DNA of 64,000 nt, taken from NCBI RefSeq assembly GCF_009914755.1, contig NC_060939.1; one strand, written 5' to 3'. Positions 1-14,513 of the stretch are shown here, piece by piece (positions within the stretch are counted from its first letter, which is position 1; every line of letters begins with the position of its first letter). Position numbers and translations under genes: made by a program. The notes under the pieces are model-generated. The model was not told the DNA's origin, searched no databases, and saw nothing but the letters and a program-made list of their open reading frames with translations. This DNA is from the human T2T-CHM13v2.0 reference genome, Homo sapiens.

Positions 1-279
1 AGCGTGCAGGGAGTACAGTCACAATGTAATAGCCCCTGGGATTTTTGTTCTCTTGAGTATAGGTTATTAGACTCTGTATGGCTTTGTTGTGATTCTGCTA
101 AACAGAGACTTCCAGATGCGGATTGTCAGACATGAACATTATTTCTACTATTCAAACAGATAGGGACGAAGTGGTCCAGCATTGCTTGTTAAACTTCCTT
201 CTAGAAGAATAAATCAGGATAAATGCAATCAATGTAAATATTAAACACATTGAATGCAGGGCTTATGGAAGGGGTAGTT

Positions 280-2540
280 TAATATTTTAAAAATTGAAAT
301 AAAATGTACATATAGGAAAGTGACAGACCACAAGTGTACAGTATGATGTATTTTAACAAAGTGACACATTCATGTGATCAGTTCAAGATATAGAACATTA
401 GTGGCACCCAAGAGGACCCCTTATAACCTTAATTTACAAGTAACTACCACACCAGCTTCAATCACCATAGATTAGCTTTTCCTGTTTTTGAATACTGTAT
501 GAATGGAATAATGCAGTATGTTCTCTTTTTTGAACTTTATGTAATTAGACATAAATATATTGAGCTTCTTTCATTCAATGTTATGTCTGAAATTTACCCA
601 TGTTGTTACATATTATGGGAGCAGTTAATTCTTTTTCATTATAATACTATATAGTGTTGTATTGTAGAAATAGCCACAATGTAATTATTAATTAATATGG
701 GCATTTGTTTCTAGTTTTTGGTTATTATGAGTAATACTATTTTTACATGGATTTTGGTGCACATATGTAGGAATTTCTGCTGGGTAGATACCAGCAGAAT
801 TGCTGAGTCATAGGGTATGGTTATTTTTATGTTCAGCTTTAGTAGATTCTGCCAAACTGTTTTATAAAATAGTTGCACCAATGTATACTCCTACAAATAC
901 TGTATGAGTGTTCCAGTTGCACCATTAATCCTTGGAAACACTTGTGTTGTTGTTGTTGTTTTAAAGTAATTTTGACCATTCTGATAGTAATGTAGTGGCA
1001 TCTCATTGTGGTTAATTTGTATTTCCACGATTATAATTAGGTGAAAACATTTTCTTATGCTTATTGGCCATTTGGATTATTGTCTTAGTCCTTACAGGCT
1101 GCCACAACAAAAATACCATAGACTAAATGGTTTAAATAACAAATATTTCTCATGCTTCTGGAGGCTGGTAAGTCCATAATCACTGCACTACCAGATCTGG
1201 TGTCTGATAAGGGCCTTCCTGGTTCACAGATGGCAGTCTTCTTGCTGTGTCCCTGTATGGTGGAAGAGTGGGAGAGCTTTCTCTGAAGTCTCTTTTATAT
1301 GGTCACTAATTCCATTCCAGAGGGATCTATAATACCTCCATGGCCTATCATCTTCTGAAGACTCTACCTCCTAATAGTATCATTGGGCAGTTAGAATTTC
1401 AATTTATGAATTTTGAGGGGACGCAAACATTCAAGCCATAGCAGAAATCTTCTTTTTGTCAAATTGCCTATACAAGGCTCCTTTGACTGTTTTTTAAAAT
1501 ATTGAATCTATTTGCCTTTTTCTTCATGACTCATCAGAGTTCTTTTTAATATTTGAATGTGATTCTTTGTCAGATAGATGTGTGGAAAACATCTTCTACT
1601 CTGTGGCTTGATATTTCTCAGTCTTCTCTTAGGTTTAATGAAATACAACATATGAATCCTTTTCTTGAGAGTTAGTATTTTGGGGTCTGGTTGAGATATC
1701 TTCTATCCTAGGGTTATGTTATCTTGTAGATATCATAAGATTCTAAAATCTTTAAATTTTTACCTTAAACATTATTTTAAGGTCAGTGAGGAATTATTTT
1801 TGAGGTATGGTGTAAAGCAGGGGTCTTAAATTATTTTTAAGAATAGAAAGGATACCTGAAATCAGAGAATTTGAGAACTGGTGATTTAAAGCTATAAAAT
1901 TCCCAAACAACAGCTTTAGCTGCATCTCGTAAGCTTAGGTTATATCTATATATTTGCATTCCTTATTTAAAAATATTCTCTAATCTTCATCTTTGACTCA
2001 GGCTGTTTATGCATGTGTTGTTTAATTTCCAAATAATTGGAACATTTTCAGATATTGATTTCTATATTAATTTTTATGGTCAGAGAACCTACTCTGCATG
2101 ATTTTGGTCTTTGAAATTTTAGAAATGTGCTTTGTGATTCCGCATATGGTCTATTTTGGTAAATGTTCCATGTCTACTTGAAAATAATCATTATTTTGTA
2201 GTTATTTGCTACAGTGTTCTACGTATGATGGTTCAAGTCATGTTAATCTACTGATTGTTTTCGTCTGCTTGTTTTATAAGTTGCTGAAAGGTGTATTAAA
2301 ATATTTAAAAATATTTGGAATTGTTTCTAGTTTTAGTTTTATAAGAGTATGCTTTATACATCGTGAGGCTGTGTTACTAAGTGCTTAAAGATTTAGGATT
2401 GTTATGTCTCTTTTAAATTGACTTTTTACAATTGTTTAAATGTTCTTTATTCTAGTAATAATGTTTTCTGTATAAAAGTCTATTTTGTAGGATATTAGTA
2501 TAGATTCTAAAGGTTTTTATTGTTGATGTTAGTGTTTTCT
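280..2540 (-). mobile_element. Old L1M (L1MC/ME-type) fragments, interrupted by an MLT1 LTR and by the L1MA; resumes after 9584
   Basis: Degenerate antisense L1 3'UTR/ORF2 motifs (ttattggccatttgga, tatggtctattttggtaaatgttccatg). The sequence reads through continuously if the 2541-9583 insert is removed. Confidence 0.7.
1081..1443 (-). mobile_element. MLT1A-like MaLR solo LTR nested in L1
   Basis: Begins tgtcttagtcc and ends acattcaagccatagca, the reverse complement of the MLT1A start TGCTATGG..TGAATGT; ~363 bp. Confidence 0.8.
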
Positions 2541-3174
2541 TTTTTTAAATTTAAAATTTCTATGGGTACATAGAGGCGTAAGTATTTATGGCATATATCA
2601 GATATTTTTATACAGGCATACAATAAGTAAGGATTATTACAATGTGTAATGATTGTCAGGGTAAATGGGGTATTCCTCACCTCAAGCACTTATTTCTTTG
2701 TGTTATGAACATTCTAATTGTACTTCCTCAGTTACTCTAAAATGTACAACAAATTATTGCTGACTGTAGCCACTCTGTTGTGATATCAAATATTATCTCT
2801 TATTCATTATATCTGACTATATTTTTGTGCCCATTAACCATCCCGATTCCCTCTACTCCCCTGCTACCCTTCCCAGCCTCCGGTGACCATCGTTCTACTC
2901 TCTGTCTTCATGAGTTCAATTGTTTAAATTTTTAGTTCCCACAAATGAGAACATCTGATGTTTGTCTTTCTGTGCCTGGCTTATTTCACTTAACATAATG
3001 TCCTCCACTTCCATCTGTGTTGTTGCAAATGACAGGATCTCATTCTTTTTTATGGCTGAATATGTACCACATTTTCTCCATCCATTCATCTGTTGATGGA
3101 CACTTAGATTGATTCCAAATCTTGGCTATTGTGAATAATGCTGCAATAAATATGGGCAGCAGATATCTCTTTGA

Positions 3175-3445
<271 letters not shown>

Positions 3446-6400
3446 TGAGGAAATTCCAAACTGTTCTCCATCGTGGTTGTACATCCTTACCAAGGGTGTA
3501 TGAGGGTTCCCCTTTCTCCTTGCCAGCATTCGTTATTGCCTATCTTTTGGATAAAAGCCATTTTAACTGGGGTAAGATGATATGTCATTGTAGTTTTGAT
3601 TTGCATTTCTCTGGTCATCAGTGATGTTGAGCATCTTTTCATATACCTGCTAGCCATTTGTATGCCTTCTTTTGAGAAATGTCTATTCAGATCTTTTGCT
3701 CATTTTAAAATTTTATTATTAGATTCTTTTTCCTATAGAGTTATTTGACCTCCTTTTATTCTGGTTATTAATCCCTTGTCAGATGGATAGTTTGTAAATA
3801 TTTTCTCCCATTCTGTGGGTTGTCTTTTGACTTTGTTGATGTTGAAAAGCCTTTGCTATGCAGAAACTTTTTAACTTGATATGATCCCATCTGTCCATTT
3901 TTGCTTTGGTTGCCTGTGCTTTTAGGGTATTACTCAAGAAATCTTTGCCAAAATCAGTGTCCTGGAGAGTTCTCCCAATGTTTTCTTATAGTAGTTTCAC
4001 GGTTTGAGGTCTTAGATTTAAGCCTTTAATCCATTTTGATTTGATTTTTGTATATGGTGAGAGATAGGGATCTAGTTTCACTCTTCTGCATATGGATACC
4101 CAGTTTTCTCAGCATCATTTATTGAAAAGACTGTCCTTTCCCCAATATATTGGTTCTTGGCACCTTTGTTGAAAAGGATTTCACTGTAGATGTATGGATT
4201 TATCCCTGGGTTCTTTGTTTTGTTCCATTGGTCTGTGTGTCTGTTTTTTATGTCAGTATCATGCTGTTTGGTTACTACAGCTCTGTAGTATAATTTGAAG
4301 TCAGTTAATGTGATTACTCCAGTTTTATTCATTTTGCTCAGGATGGCTTTGGCTATTCTGGGTCTTTTGTGATTCCATATAAGTTTTAGGATTATTTTCT
4401 CTATTTCTGTGAAGAATGTCATTGGTAGTTTGATAAAAGTTGCATTGAGTTTGTAGGTTGCTTTAGTAGGTATGAAATTTTAACAATATTGATTCTTCCA
4501 ATCCATGAACATGAACTATCTTTCTATTTCTGGTGTCCTCTTCAATTTTTTGCATCAATGCTTTATCGTTTTCATTGTAGAGATATTTAACTTCTTGGGT
4601 TAATTCTTAGGTATTTTATGTAATTTGTAGCAATTGTAAATGTGTTTACTTTATTGATTTCTTTTTCAGATTGTTTTTTGTGGACATATAGACATTCTAC
4701 TGATTTTTGTATGTTGATTTTGTATCCTACAACTTTATTGAATTTGTTTATTGGTTCTAATACCTTTCTGATGGAGTATTTAGATTTTTCCAAATATAAG
4801 ATCATGTTATTTGCAAACAAGGATAATTTGACTTTTTCCTTTCCAATTTAGATCCCTTTTTTTCTTTATCATCTGATTAGCTACTTTTTTTTCTTTATCA
4901 TCTGATTACTCCAGTACTATGTTGAATAACAGTGGTGAAAGTGGGCATCCTTGTCTTGTCCTTTATCTTACAGGACAGGCTTGCATTTTTTCCTCATTCA
5001 GTATGATACCAGCTGTGGGTCTGTTGTATATGGCTTTTATTGTATGGAGATATGTTCCTTCAATATCCAGTTTTTTTAGGGTTTTTATAATGAAGGGACA
5101 TTGAATTTTATCAAATGATTTTTCAGCATCAATTGAAATGATCATATGGTTTTTGTCCTTCATTCTGTTGATATGATGTATCACACTAATTGATTTGCAT
5201 ATATTGAACCATTCTTGCATTCCTGGGTTGAATCCTACTTGGTCATGATGAATAATCTTTTTCTTGTGTTGCCAAATTCAGTTTGGTAGTAGTTTGTTGG
5301 GGATTTTTGCATTGATGTTCATGAGATATATTGGCCCGTAGTTTTGTTGTTGTTTTGTTTGTTTGTTTGTTTTTTGATGTATCTTTGACTGGTTTAGGTA
5401 TCAGGGTAATACTGGCCTCATAGAATGGGTTTGGAAGTCTTCCCTCCTCCTCTATTTTTTAGTATAATTTGAGTAGGATTTGTATTAGTTCCTCTTTAAA
5501 TGTTTGGTAGAATTCAGCAGTGAAGCCATCATGTCCCAGGCTTGTTTTGCCAGAAGACTTTGTATTTCAAACGAGATCAAATGAGAGGTTTGATCTTGTT
5601 ACTTGTCATTAGCCTATTCAGACTTTGGATTTCTTCATGGTTTAATATTGGTAGGTTGTACGTGTCTAGGAATTTATCTGTTTCTTCTAGGTTTTCCAAT
5701 TTATTGACATATTGTTGCTCATAGTAGTCTCTAATGATCCTTTGAATTTCTGTGGTATTGGTTTTAATGTCTCCTTCTTCATCCCTGATTTTATTTATTT
5801 GGGTCTTCTCTCTTTTTCTTAGTCTGGCTAAAGGTTTGTCAATTTTGTTCGTCTTTTCAAAAAAACCAACTTTTTGTTTTGTTGACCTTTTATATTGCCT
5901 TTTCTTTTTCAATTTTATTTATTTCTGCCTGATTTTAATTTTTTTTTCTTTACTAATTTTGGGTTTGGTTTGCTCTTGCTTTTCTAGTTCTTTAGATGCA
6001 TCATTAGGTTATTTATTTGAAGTTTTTCTACTTTTTTGATGTAGGGGCTTATTGCTATAAATTTTCCTGTTAGTACTGCTTTTGCTGTATCCCATAGGTT
6101 TTCGTATGTTGTATTTCCATTTTCATTTGTTTCAAGGAATTTTAAAATTTCCTTCTTCATTTCTTCATTGACCCACTGGTCCTTCAGTAGCATACTGTTT
6201 AATTTTCATGTGTTCGTATAGTTTTTAGAGTTTCTATTATTGATTTCTAGTTTTATTCCATTGTGGTCAGAGAAGACACTTGATATGGTTTATCCTTGAG
6301 AATGATTGCTGAGGAGAAGAATGTGTATTCTGCAGCTGTTGGATGAAATGTTCTGTAAATATCTATGAGGTCCATTTGGTCTATAGTGCAGAATAGGTCT

Positions 6401-7859
6401 GATGTTTCTTTATTGAAATGCTAATGAGTAGTTTACACACCACAATTACAGTGTTATTATAGTCTGTATTTGTCTATGTACTTACTGTTACCAGTGAATT
6501 TTGTTCCTTCAGATAATTTCTTATTGCTCATTAATGTTCTTTTCTTTCAGATTGAAAAACTCCCATTAGCATGGTGAGTATTAGGGAGTGAAAAGCTCCC
6601 ATTAGCATAGGTCTGATGTTGATGAAATACTTCAGCTTTCGTTTGTCTGGGAAAGTCTTTATTTCTCCTTCATGTTTGAAGGATATTTTTGTAGGATACA
6701 ATATTCCAGGATAAAATCTTTTTCCTTCAGCTCTTTAAATGTATCATGCCACTTTCTTCCAGTCTGAAAGGTTTTTACTGAGAAATCTGCTGCCAGACAT
6801 AATGGAGATTCTTTATATGCTATTTTTTTCTTTTATCTTGCTGCTTTTAGGATCCTTTCTGTATTCTTTACCTTTGGGAGTTTGATTATTAAATGTCTTG
6901 AAGTAGTCTTATTTAAATTAAATCTGCTTGGTGTTCTATACCCTTTTTGTACTTGAATATTGACATCTTTCTCCAGGTTTGGAAAGTTTTCTATTATTAT
7001 CTCTGTGAATAACCTTTCTATGCTGATCTCATTCTCTACCTCCTCTTTAAGGTCAATAACTCTTAGATTTGCCCTTTTGAAGCTATTTTCTAGATCTTGT
7101 TAGGTTTGCTTTATTCTTTATTATTCTTTTTCCTTTTGTCTCCTCTGTGTATTTTCAAATAGGCTTGCTAATTCATTCCTCTGCTTGATCAGTTCTTCTG
7201 TTTAGAGACTGATGCATTCTTCAGTTTGTCAGTTGAATTTTTCAGCTCCAGAATTTATGCTTAGTTCTTTTTAATGATTTTAATCTCTTTGTTAAATTTA
7301 TCTGATAGGATTCTGAATTCCTTCACTGTATTATCTTGGATTTCATTGAACTTCTTCAAAACAGTTCTTTTGAATTCTTTGTCTGAAAGGTCACATATCT
7401 CCATCACTCTAGAATTGGTCACTGGTACCTTATTTAGTTCATTTGGTGAGGTCTTGTTTTTTCTGGACGGTCTTGATACTTGTGGATGTTCATTCATGTC
7501 TGGGCATTGAAGAGTTAGGTATTTATTCTAATCTTCACAATCTGGGCTTGTTTATACCTATCATTCCTCTGAAGGCTTTCCAAGTATTCAAAGGGAATTG
7601 AGCATTTGATCTAAGTCTTTGGTCACTGCAGCTATATGTGCATTAGGGAGTGCCCTAAGCCCAGTAACTCTGAGTCTTGCAGTCTTGTATAGGTGCTGCC
7701 TCAGTGGTCTTGGGTAAGATCTGGGAGAATTCCTTGGATTACCAGGCAGAGTCTCTTGTTCTTTTCCCTTACTTTCTTCCAAACAAATGCAATCTCTCTC
7801 TCCATGCTGAGCTTCTTGGAGTTAGTGGAGGGGTGATACAAGCACTCCTGTGACCATCA

Positions 7860-8870
7860 CTGCTGAGATTGTGCTGTGTCACACCTGAAGCCAGAACAGT
7901 ACTGGGTCTTGCCCAAGATGTATTACAACTATTTCCTGAATTCTGCTGATGTTTATTCAAGGGCCAAGGACTCTTTAGTCAGCAGAAGTTGATTCCTGCC
8001 AGAAATGGATCTTTCCCTTCAGGGCAGTGGATTTCCTTCTGGCCCAGGGTGGATCTAGAAATGCAGTTCAGGAGCTAGGGCCTGGAACTGGGGGCTGCAG
8101 GAGTCTGCTTGATGCTTTACTGTACTGTGGCTGAGCCGCTACCCAAGTTGCAAGACAAAGACCTCTTTTTTGCTCTCCTTTCCTCAAGCAGAAGGAGTCT
8201 CTGCCCAGACAATCACTGCCTCAGGCCCATGGCAACTATAGCTTGGCTACTGCTGATGTTTATTCAAGGCCCAAGGGGTCTTTATTCAGCAGGTGGTGAG
8301 TTCTGCCAGGTCTGGGTCTCTCCTTTCAATGCAGTGGGTTCCCTTCTGGCCCAGGGTGGGTTAAGGAATGCCCTCCAGGAGCTAAGGCCTGGAACTGAGG
8401 AAATGAGAAATCCTCTTGGTGCTTTAGTTTACTGTGGCTCTGCTGGTACCCAAGTCACAAGATGAAATCCTTTTTACACTTCCCTTTCCTTTCTTCAAGC
8501 AGGAGCCTTTCCCTGTGGATACTATAGCTGAGAATGTGCTGGGTCACACATGAAACCAGCACAGTACTGGGTCTTGCCAAGGCCTGTGATGACTGCTGCC
8601 TGGCTACAGATGGTGTTTATTCAAGGCCCAGGGGTGTTTATTCAAGGCCCAAGGGCTCATTAGTCAGCAGGTAGTGAATTCTGTGACACTGGGTCCTTTC
8701 CTTCAGGGTAGAGTTCTTTTCTGGACCAGGATGGGTCTAGAAATGTTGTCTGGAAGCTATGGCCTGAAATGGGGTCTTTAGGACTTTGCTTGGTACTTTA
8801 TTTTACTGTGACGGAGCTGGTATCCAAATTGCAAGACAAAGTCCTCTTTACACTTCCCTCTTCTTACAGA
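7860..8870. repeat. Three diverged ~310-370 bp tandem monomers within the L1MA 5'UTR
   Basis: Anchor GTTTATTCAAGG at 7951, 8258 and 8615/8636, followed in each unit by the same ordered motifs (ctgg(c/a)ccagg, gagcta, tactgtg, caaga). Confidence 0.85.
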
Positions 8871-9598
8871 ACTGTGAGCCGCATTGCCTGGAGTTGGGGA
8901 AGGGGTGATGCAAGCACTCCCTTGGCCACTCCAGCTGGTGTATCCCTGGAAAGTTCTCTATTAATAAAGTTTCCTGGGTTGCATGCACCCCAGTTCCACT
9001 GGCTGTAGGCCCAGCAGAGCACCAGTATTTGTCCAGGAATTGCAGTCCTTGTGGCCTAGACTGCCTTTCAAGTTTATTTAGGACCCCAGAACACTTTATC
9101 CCACAGTGGTGGGGCTAGCCAGAACTCAGTTTCTGACTGCTGGGATGGACGATTGCCCTTTGGCTAGGGCTAGTCTAAGTGCTCCCTCCACGGGCACTGG
9201 CCAAAGCCAGTGGGAAACACTAGGAAAGGCCTGTGTTGCTTTCCACTGTGACAGGGCAGCACTGAGTTCCAATGCAAATTCCCCAAATTACTTTGCCCTT
9301 CCTCCCGCAAGTGCACAGATTCTCTCTCCATGCCATGCTGCACTGCTGGGGGATGGAGGAGGAGTAGTGTCGGCAATTCAAAACTATCATTCCTGTCCTC
9401 TTCAGTGCCTCTTTCTTGGATACAGAGTTAAAATCAGGTGCTGTGATTGCTCACCTGATTTTTGGTTCTTATGAAGGTGATTTCTTGTGTGGATAGTTGT
9501 TCTATTTGGTGTTCCTGCAGGGGGGACGATTGCTGGAGGGTTCTGTTGAGCCATCTTGCTCTGCCTCCTCCTCCAGAAATCAGTGTTAGTGTTTTTCT

Positions 9599-11900
9599 GA
9601 TGTATCTTTTTGCACCTGTTTATTTTTCTTTCATGTTATTACCTTTAGTGTGCATCTCTTATTAGCAGGATATAGTGTAGCTTTTTTTTTTTTTTAAATG
9701 CTGGCTGATGCTTCTTGTCTTTTAATTGGAATATTTAGTCCATTTTCATTTAATGTAATTATTGATATTTTTACATTTAAATCTGCTATGTTATTATTTG
9801 TTTTCTATTTATCTCATTCATTCTTTGCTTCTTTCTCCTTTCTTGCCTTCTTTTGGATTAATCCCTTTAAAGAATTATTCCATTTTACTACTCTAGTAGC
9901 TTGCTAGTTATATATTATTTTATAATTATTTAAAAAGCAATACTAGAAATTATAACACACTTTTTTTTAATGTGGTGGTGTCTTCATTAAATTAGTACTG
10001 TATCACTTCCAAGCAATAGAATAGACCATACAACAAGAGTCTCACTTAACTCCCTTAGTGGTGGCTTTTGTGCTATCATTTTTATGCTTTTGAAATTCTA
10101 CATACATTTAAAACCTCACAAGACATTACTTTTATTTTAAGCTGTGAATATTCATTTAGATTTATCTTTCTGGAGCTCTTCATTTCTTTCCCTATTTTCT
10201 TATTTCCATTTGTTTCCATTTATATATGTGTGTGTATATATAATAAAAAATTATATGTGTCTGTGTTTCCATTTATATATATTTATATATATAAATTCAC
10301 ATATATTACATAAATGTGTATATATATAATACATACACACTACATATATAATTTTTTAAAGAACTCCCTTTAGTGTTTCTTTTGGTGTTTGTCCGTTGTG
10401 AGAAATTCTCTCAATGCTTTTGTCTGAAGATTTCTTTGATGTTGCCTGTTTATGAGGGATATATTCATTGACAGGGAATAGAATCTTAGATTGGTAGATA
10501 TTTTCTGCCAGCATTTTAAAGATGTGATTTCATTGTTTTGTAGCTCCTTGATTTCTCTTGTAACATCAGCTAAGAATCTTTTTGTTGCTCCTTTGAATGC
10601 AATGTGTATCTTTCTCTTTGTCTTTGGTCTTCAGCAGTTTGACTATAATGTGCCTAGGTATGTTTATCTTCATATTTATCCTGATTGGTATTCATAGAGA
10701 AGTTTCAATCTGTAGCTTGGTGTCTTTTTTCTATTTTGAATAATTATTGTCCATCTCCTCTTCAAATATTGTTTCTTTTCATTTCTTTGAACTCTAAAAT
10801 ACACTTGTGTTAAGGTATTTTCACCATGTCTGATGTGCTTATAGTGCTCTTTTTTGTGTTTTTCATCTTCTTTCCCTTTATGTTTCAATTTAGATACTTT
10901 CTACTGACTGAACTTCCAGTTCACATATTCTCTCAGTTGTCGTCTAATTGTTATTAAACACTTCTGTTGGGTTCTTAATTTTAGTTATTGGATTTTCATC
11001 TGTAATTTTCATTTGCTTTCTTTTTATGTATTCCAATTTTTGATAAAAATTTTACATTGTCATTTATTTTATTCAACATATTTATCATAGTTACATTAAA
11101 AATCATTTCTGATGTCAATACTGGGATTACCTGTTGGATCATCTAATTCTTTTCTTAGTTTTCCATTGTTGGTTCAGTATCCTGGTATGCCAAATTATTT
11201 TTATTTGAATGGCACATATTGTGTGTGAAGAATTGTAGCAGGTCTGAGTAATGTATCTTCCTCCAGAGATTATCTAGTTTTATTCTGGCGGATAATGAGG
11301 GTAAAGGCTTGTAACCTTGCTACAGGTGGATTGAAATGATTCAAGTTTGCATTCCAGGCTTTGTGAGGGCATGTCCCCTTGCTTGCTTTTACTCCTAGGG
11401 TTTAGGCATTCAGGGATGAATTAAAATCCCAGATGTTTTTCCTTATTGGGGAGTCCTGACTCCAATTTCTGTCTCTTGATCACTGTGATACTGCAGAAAT
11501 ACCTGCTTAGATATTTAGCCTTCTAGCAGCCTCTTTGTGCTGGTTTCTTATCATCTGCCTTGTGTATTCAGCTTAGGAAATGTCAAAAGCCTCAAGAGGA
11601 AATTGAACATAGCTTGTCAGGTTTGCTTCTTTATGTTTCCCTTTTTCCCAGAAATTTGGCCTCTTATATCCTGGTTTCCTTGGTTACAGTGTATTCCAAT
11701 TTTTCTCTTACACAACCTAGTAAGACTGCTGCAAGTTCCAGGCTGGTGTTTTCTGCTCAGACTTTATGTCCTATGTTGCAAGACAGAACATTTCCTAAAG
11801 AGAACAGTCAGCTGTAGATGTATCACTCCCCTCAATGCATTTCCCTTCCTCCAGATTTTGGCCCCTCAGATTGTGGCTGTCTTGGTTGCTCCGATGACCT
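9599..11900 (-). mobile_element. Old L1M continuation (ORF2 start, ORF1 and 5' region), with TA-rich low complexity at ~10220-10350
   Basis: Antisense L1 motifs such as atatttagtccattttcatttaatgtaattattgata and cagtttgactataatgtgcctagg. Confidence 0.65.
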
Positions 11901-12149
11901 CAAGATCTCTTTAAACTTGGAAATTTGAAAAAATTTTAGACTTACAGAAAAGGAAGTTGCAAAACTAGTACAGAGAGTTCACATATACCCTTCACTCGTC
12001 TTTCCCTAATGTTAACAACTTACATATTACCTTTACTATTGATACTTAAAATTGTGTTGCCATGTTCTCCAAGCTGATAACAACAGAGCATGACTGCCAA
12101 CTGGTTGAAAGGAGAAAAAGGAACCTTTCAAAAGGGTGACATTTTTGGC

Positions 12150-12785
12150 ACAGGGCTTCTCAAAATGTGTTCCTTAGAACACCAGTCCTTGGAGATTTTC
12201 CTATTAGACAACGTCCACAGCCCAGTAATTGTAGGAAATGCCACATCTTACATATATGTGCCCCTTTGGAAATCCACAGTGCCCATTACCATTTTATTTT
12301 ATTTATTTTTTTTGAGATGGAGTCTTGCTCTGTCACCCAGGCTGGAGTGCAGTGGTGTGATTTCAACTCACCGCACCTCCACCTCCTGGGTTCAAGTGAT
12401 TCTTGTGCCTCAGCCTCCCGAGTAGCTGGGATTACAGGTGTGCACCACCATGCCTGGCTAATTTTTGTATTTTTACTAGAGATGGGGTTTCACCATGTTG
12501 GCCAGGCTGGTCTCAAACTCCTGACCTCAAGTGATCTGCCTGCTGTGGCCTTCCAAAGTGCTGAGATTACAGACATGAGCCACTGTGCCCGGCCCTCCAT
12601 TACCATTTTAAAGCCTCTGAAAATGTTTCAGTAAAGAAATCTGCTTAATTTTGTTTTCCCTGTGTTTCCAAATATATATAGTCAAGAGCTGTTTTTGTTT
12701 TTGTTTGTTTGTTTGTTTTACTTTGCCTGGCCCTTAGGTACATCCCATGGAGCTAGTGTTTTGTGGCACACATACTGGAAAATAC
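12150..12785. mobile_element. hAT-Charlie (Charlie4-like) DNA transposon fossil split by an Alu
   Basis: Imperfect terminal inverted repeats (cagggcttctcaaaatgtgttcc and ggcacacatactggaaaatact). An internal segment resembles the reverse complement of ~44388-44456. Confidence 0.5.
12297..12594 (-). mobile_element. AluS
   Basis: Full dimer; TSD CCATTACCATTTTA at 12283-12296 and 12597-12610. Confidence 0.92.
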
Positions 12786-13399
12786 TATTCTGGAGCATTT
12801 TCTAAAATCCTAAGTTACAAATTTTGCTTTTTTACATTTTCTCTTAGGTTCCGGCTTTCTTGCTGTTTAATTTCTTGCTTCATGAAAGGGAAGAAGATGG
12901 AGACGCCAAGGTTTCTTTGAAAACAGATATTTGCACGAGAAGGCAGCCAAGGCTGTGTTAACATTCACCATTAAAAACCCAACACATCTAGACAAAACAC
13001 CAAATGCAAAAGCTTCACGTTTCCCAAATAAATTTCTTTTATAATTTGTCACTGCTCGGTTGTAGGCTTTGAAAATAGTTTTCATTTTCCTGTTATTGAC
13101 AAAATTAAAGCTGCCAAGAAGTAGATGGTGAACAAGGATTTTATCTCTGACTGTAGCACCAAGGCAACCTGAGATAGGTCTAATTTGCAGCATAAATCTT
13201 CTTTTCCACTGGGGGAAGAACACACGAGCCACATTGAGTAGCCACCCATTTGTATTTTTGATTTGCAACTTCTGTCTAGTGAGCCAAGGTCAGGTGCGAT
13301 ATTTGTGATGGGGAAGCTGAATAGGTGAGTGAGGGTAGCTTGTGTTTGAAGCTGAAGAAGGTAATTAAGAGGGTTTTAGAATGTAATTTTGGCATTTTT

Positions 13400-14135
13400 C
13401 CCCACTCCACCTCTTCAAACTATGTGTCCCCTGTCATCGCCTAACCGATCTGCCTGTCCACCTTCTGGTTCCTCTCCAGTCCATTATCTCATGGCCCACT
13501 TGACTAATCTTTCTGAAATTCAGATCTGTTCTTATCACTCACCTTTCTAAAAGTCTCCATTGTCCCCAGAATTAAGTTTAGCCCCATGGTCTGGCCCCTG
13601 AGTGTATGCCTGTCTGCTCCTTTTCATTTAAGCTTCTGTTACCCTTGCTGAATTATTATGCTGTTTCCTGTTATGTTGTGTGCATCTCTTAGAAGCTGCA
13701 TATAGCTGGATTTTTTAAAATCCACTCTAGTATTATTTAGTATGTTGAATGTAATCCAATTGTGTAGATAATCATTACTGATCTATTTGGACTCTCTATT
13801 TTTTAATCAGCCATTTCTTTGCTTATACTATTCTTTCTGACAGAAATGCCACTTTTCTTCTTATCTCCCTGGTGAACTCCATATATCCTACTAGGCTTTG
13901 TTCTGGAACTTTCTTGGCACCTTCTCATTTATATAATTGCTTCCTTCCATCTGGGTTTTAATGGCAAGTTCTGCATCTCTATTACAGAATAGTATTGATC
14001 TCATTGTGGATTGCTGTTTGTGTTTCTGCTTTCCAGTGGGCCTGTGAGAGTGACTGATCTTTGCATCTCTAGCAAATTGGCACAGTTGGTAGACTTTCCA
14101 ACCTGAGATATTAGATGTTTCAGAAATTAGATTGA
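13400..14135 (+). mobile_element. L2 fragment carrying a copied L1-like segment at 13686-13793
   Basis: Degenerate L2 3' motifs (atctttctgaaattcagatctgttcttatcactc, ctggtgaactccat, ggcacagttggtag...attgaatga). Confidence 0.5.
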
Positions 14136-14450
14136 ATGACGTGGTGTCAGTTTGAAACATTAAATTGAGGTGTTCTTTGAAATGTATTTAAGGTTATACA
14201 GTGATTTTTGAATACAGCTTTAGCTGCATACCACAGATTTTGATGTATAATATTTTTATTGTTGTTAAATTTTTTGGTAATTTCTATTGGGGTTTTCTTT
14301 TTAATCTGTTATTTAGGACAGAATTTTAAAATTTTGTGCTGATATACTTATTTTTATTGTTGGTTCCTAACTTAATTGCATTATGGTTAAAAAACCCCAA
14401 AACCTAATAAACATGCTCTATATGGTATTGATTGACTTTGTTACGTAGTA

Positions 14451-14513
14451 TTAGGTTGGTGCAAAAGTAATTGTGGTTTTTGCCACTACTTATAATATTT
14501 TGCAGCAACATAA
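14451..14513. mobile_element. MADE1 (Hsmar1-derived MITE) with a partly deleted right arm
   Basis: TA|TTAGGTTGGTGCAAAAGTAATTGTGGTTTTTGCCA...TTTTGCAGCAACATAA|TA, with TA flanks on both sides. Confidence 0.85.

Noticed and set aside
4078-7497. L1 ORF1p/ORF2p-like ORFs as a functional retrotransposon
   Set aside because: Broken by frameshifts and stops, with the ORF2 N-terminus deleted. The ORFs at 61332-63319 are likewise fragments of a truncated copy.
12867-13268. 133-aa minus-strand ORF in unique sequence
   Set aside because: Non-ATG start, no recognisable homology, and a length compatible with chance.
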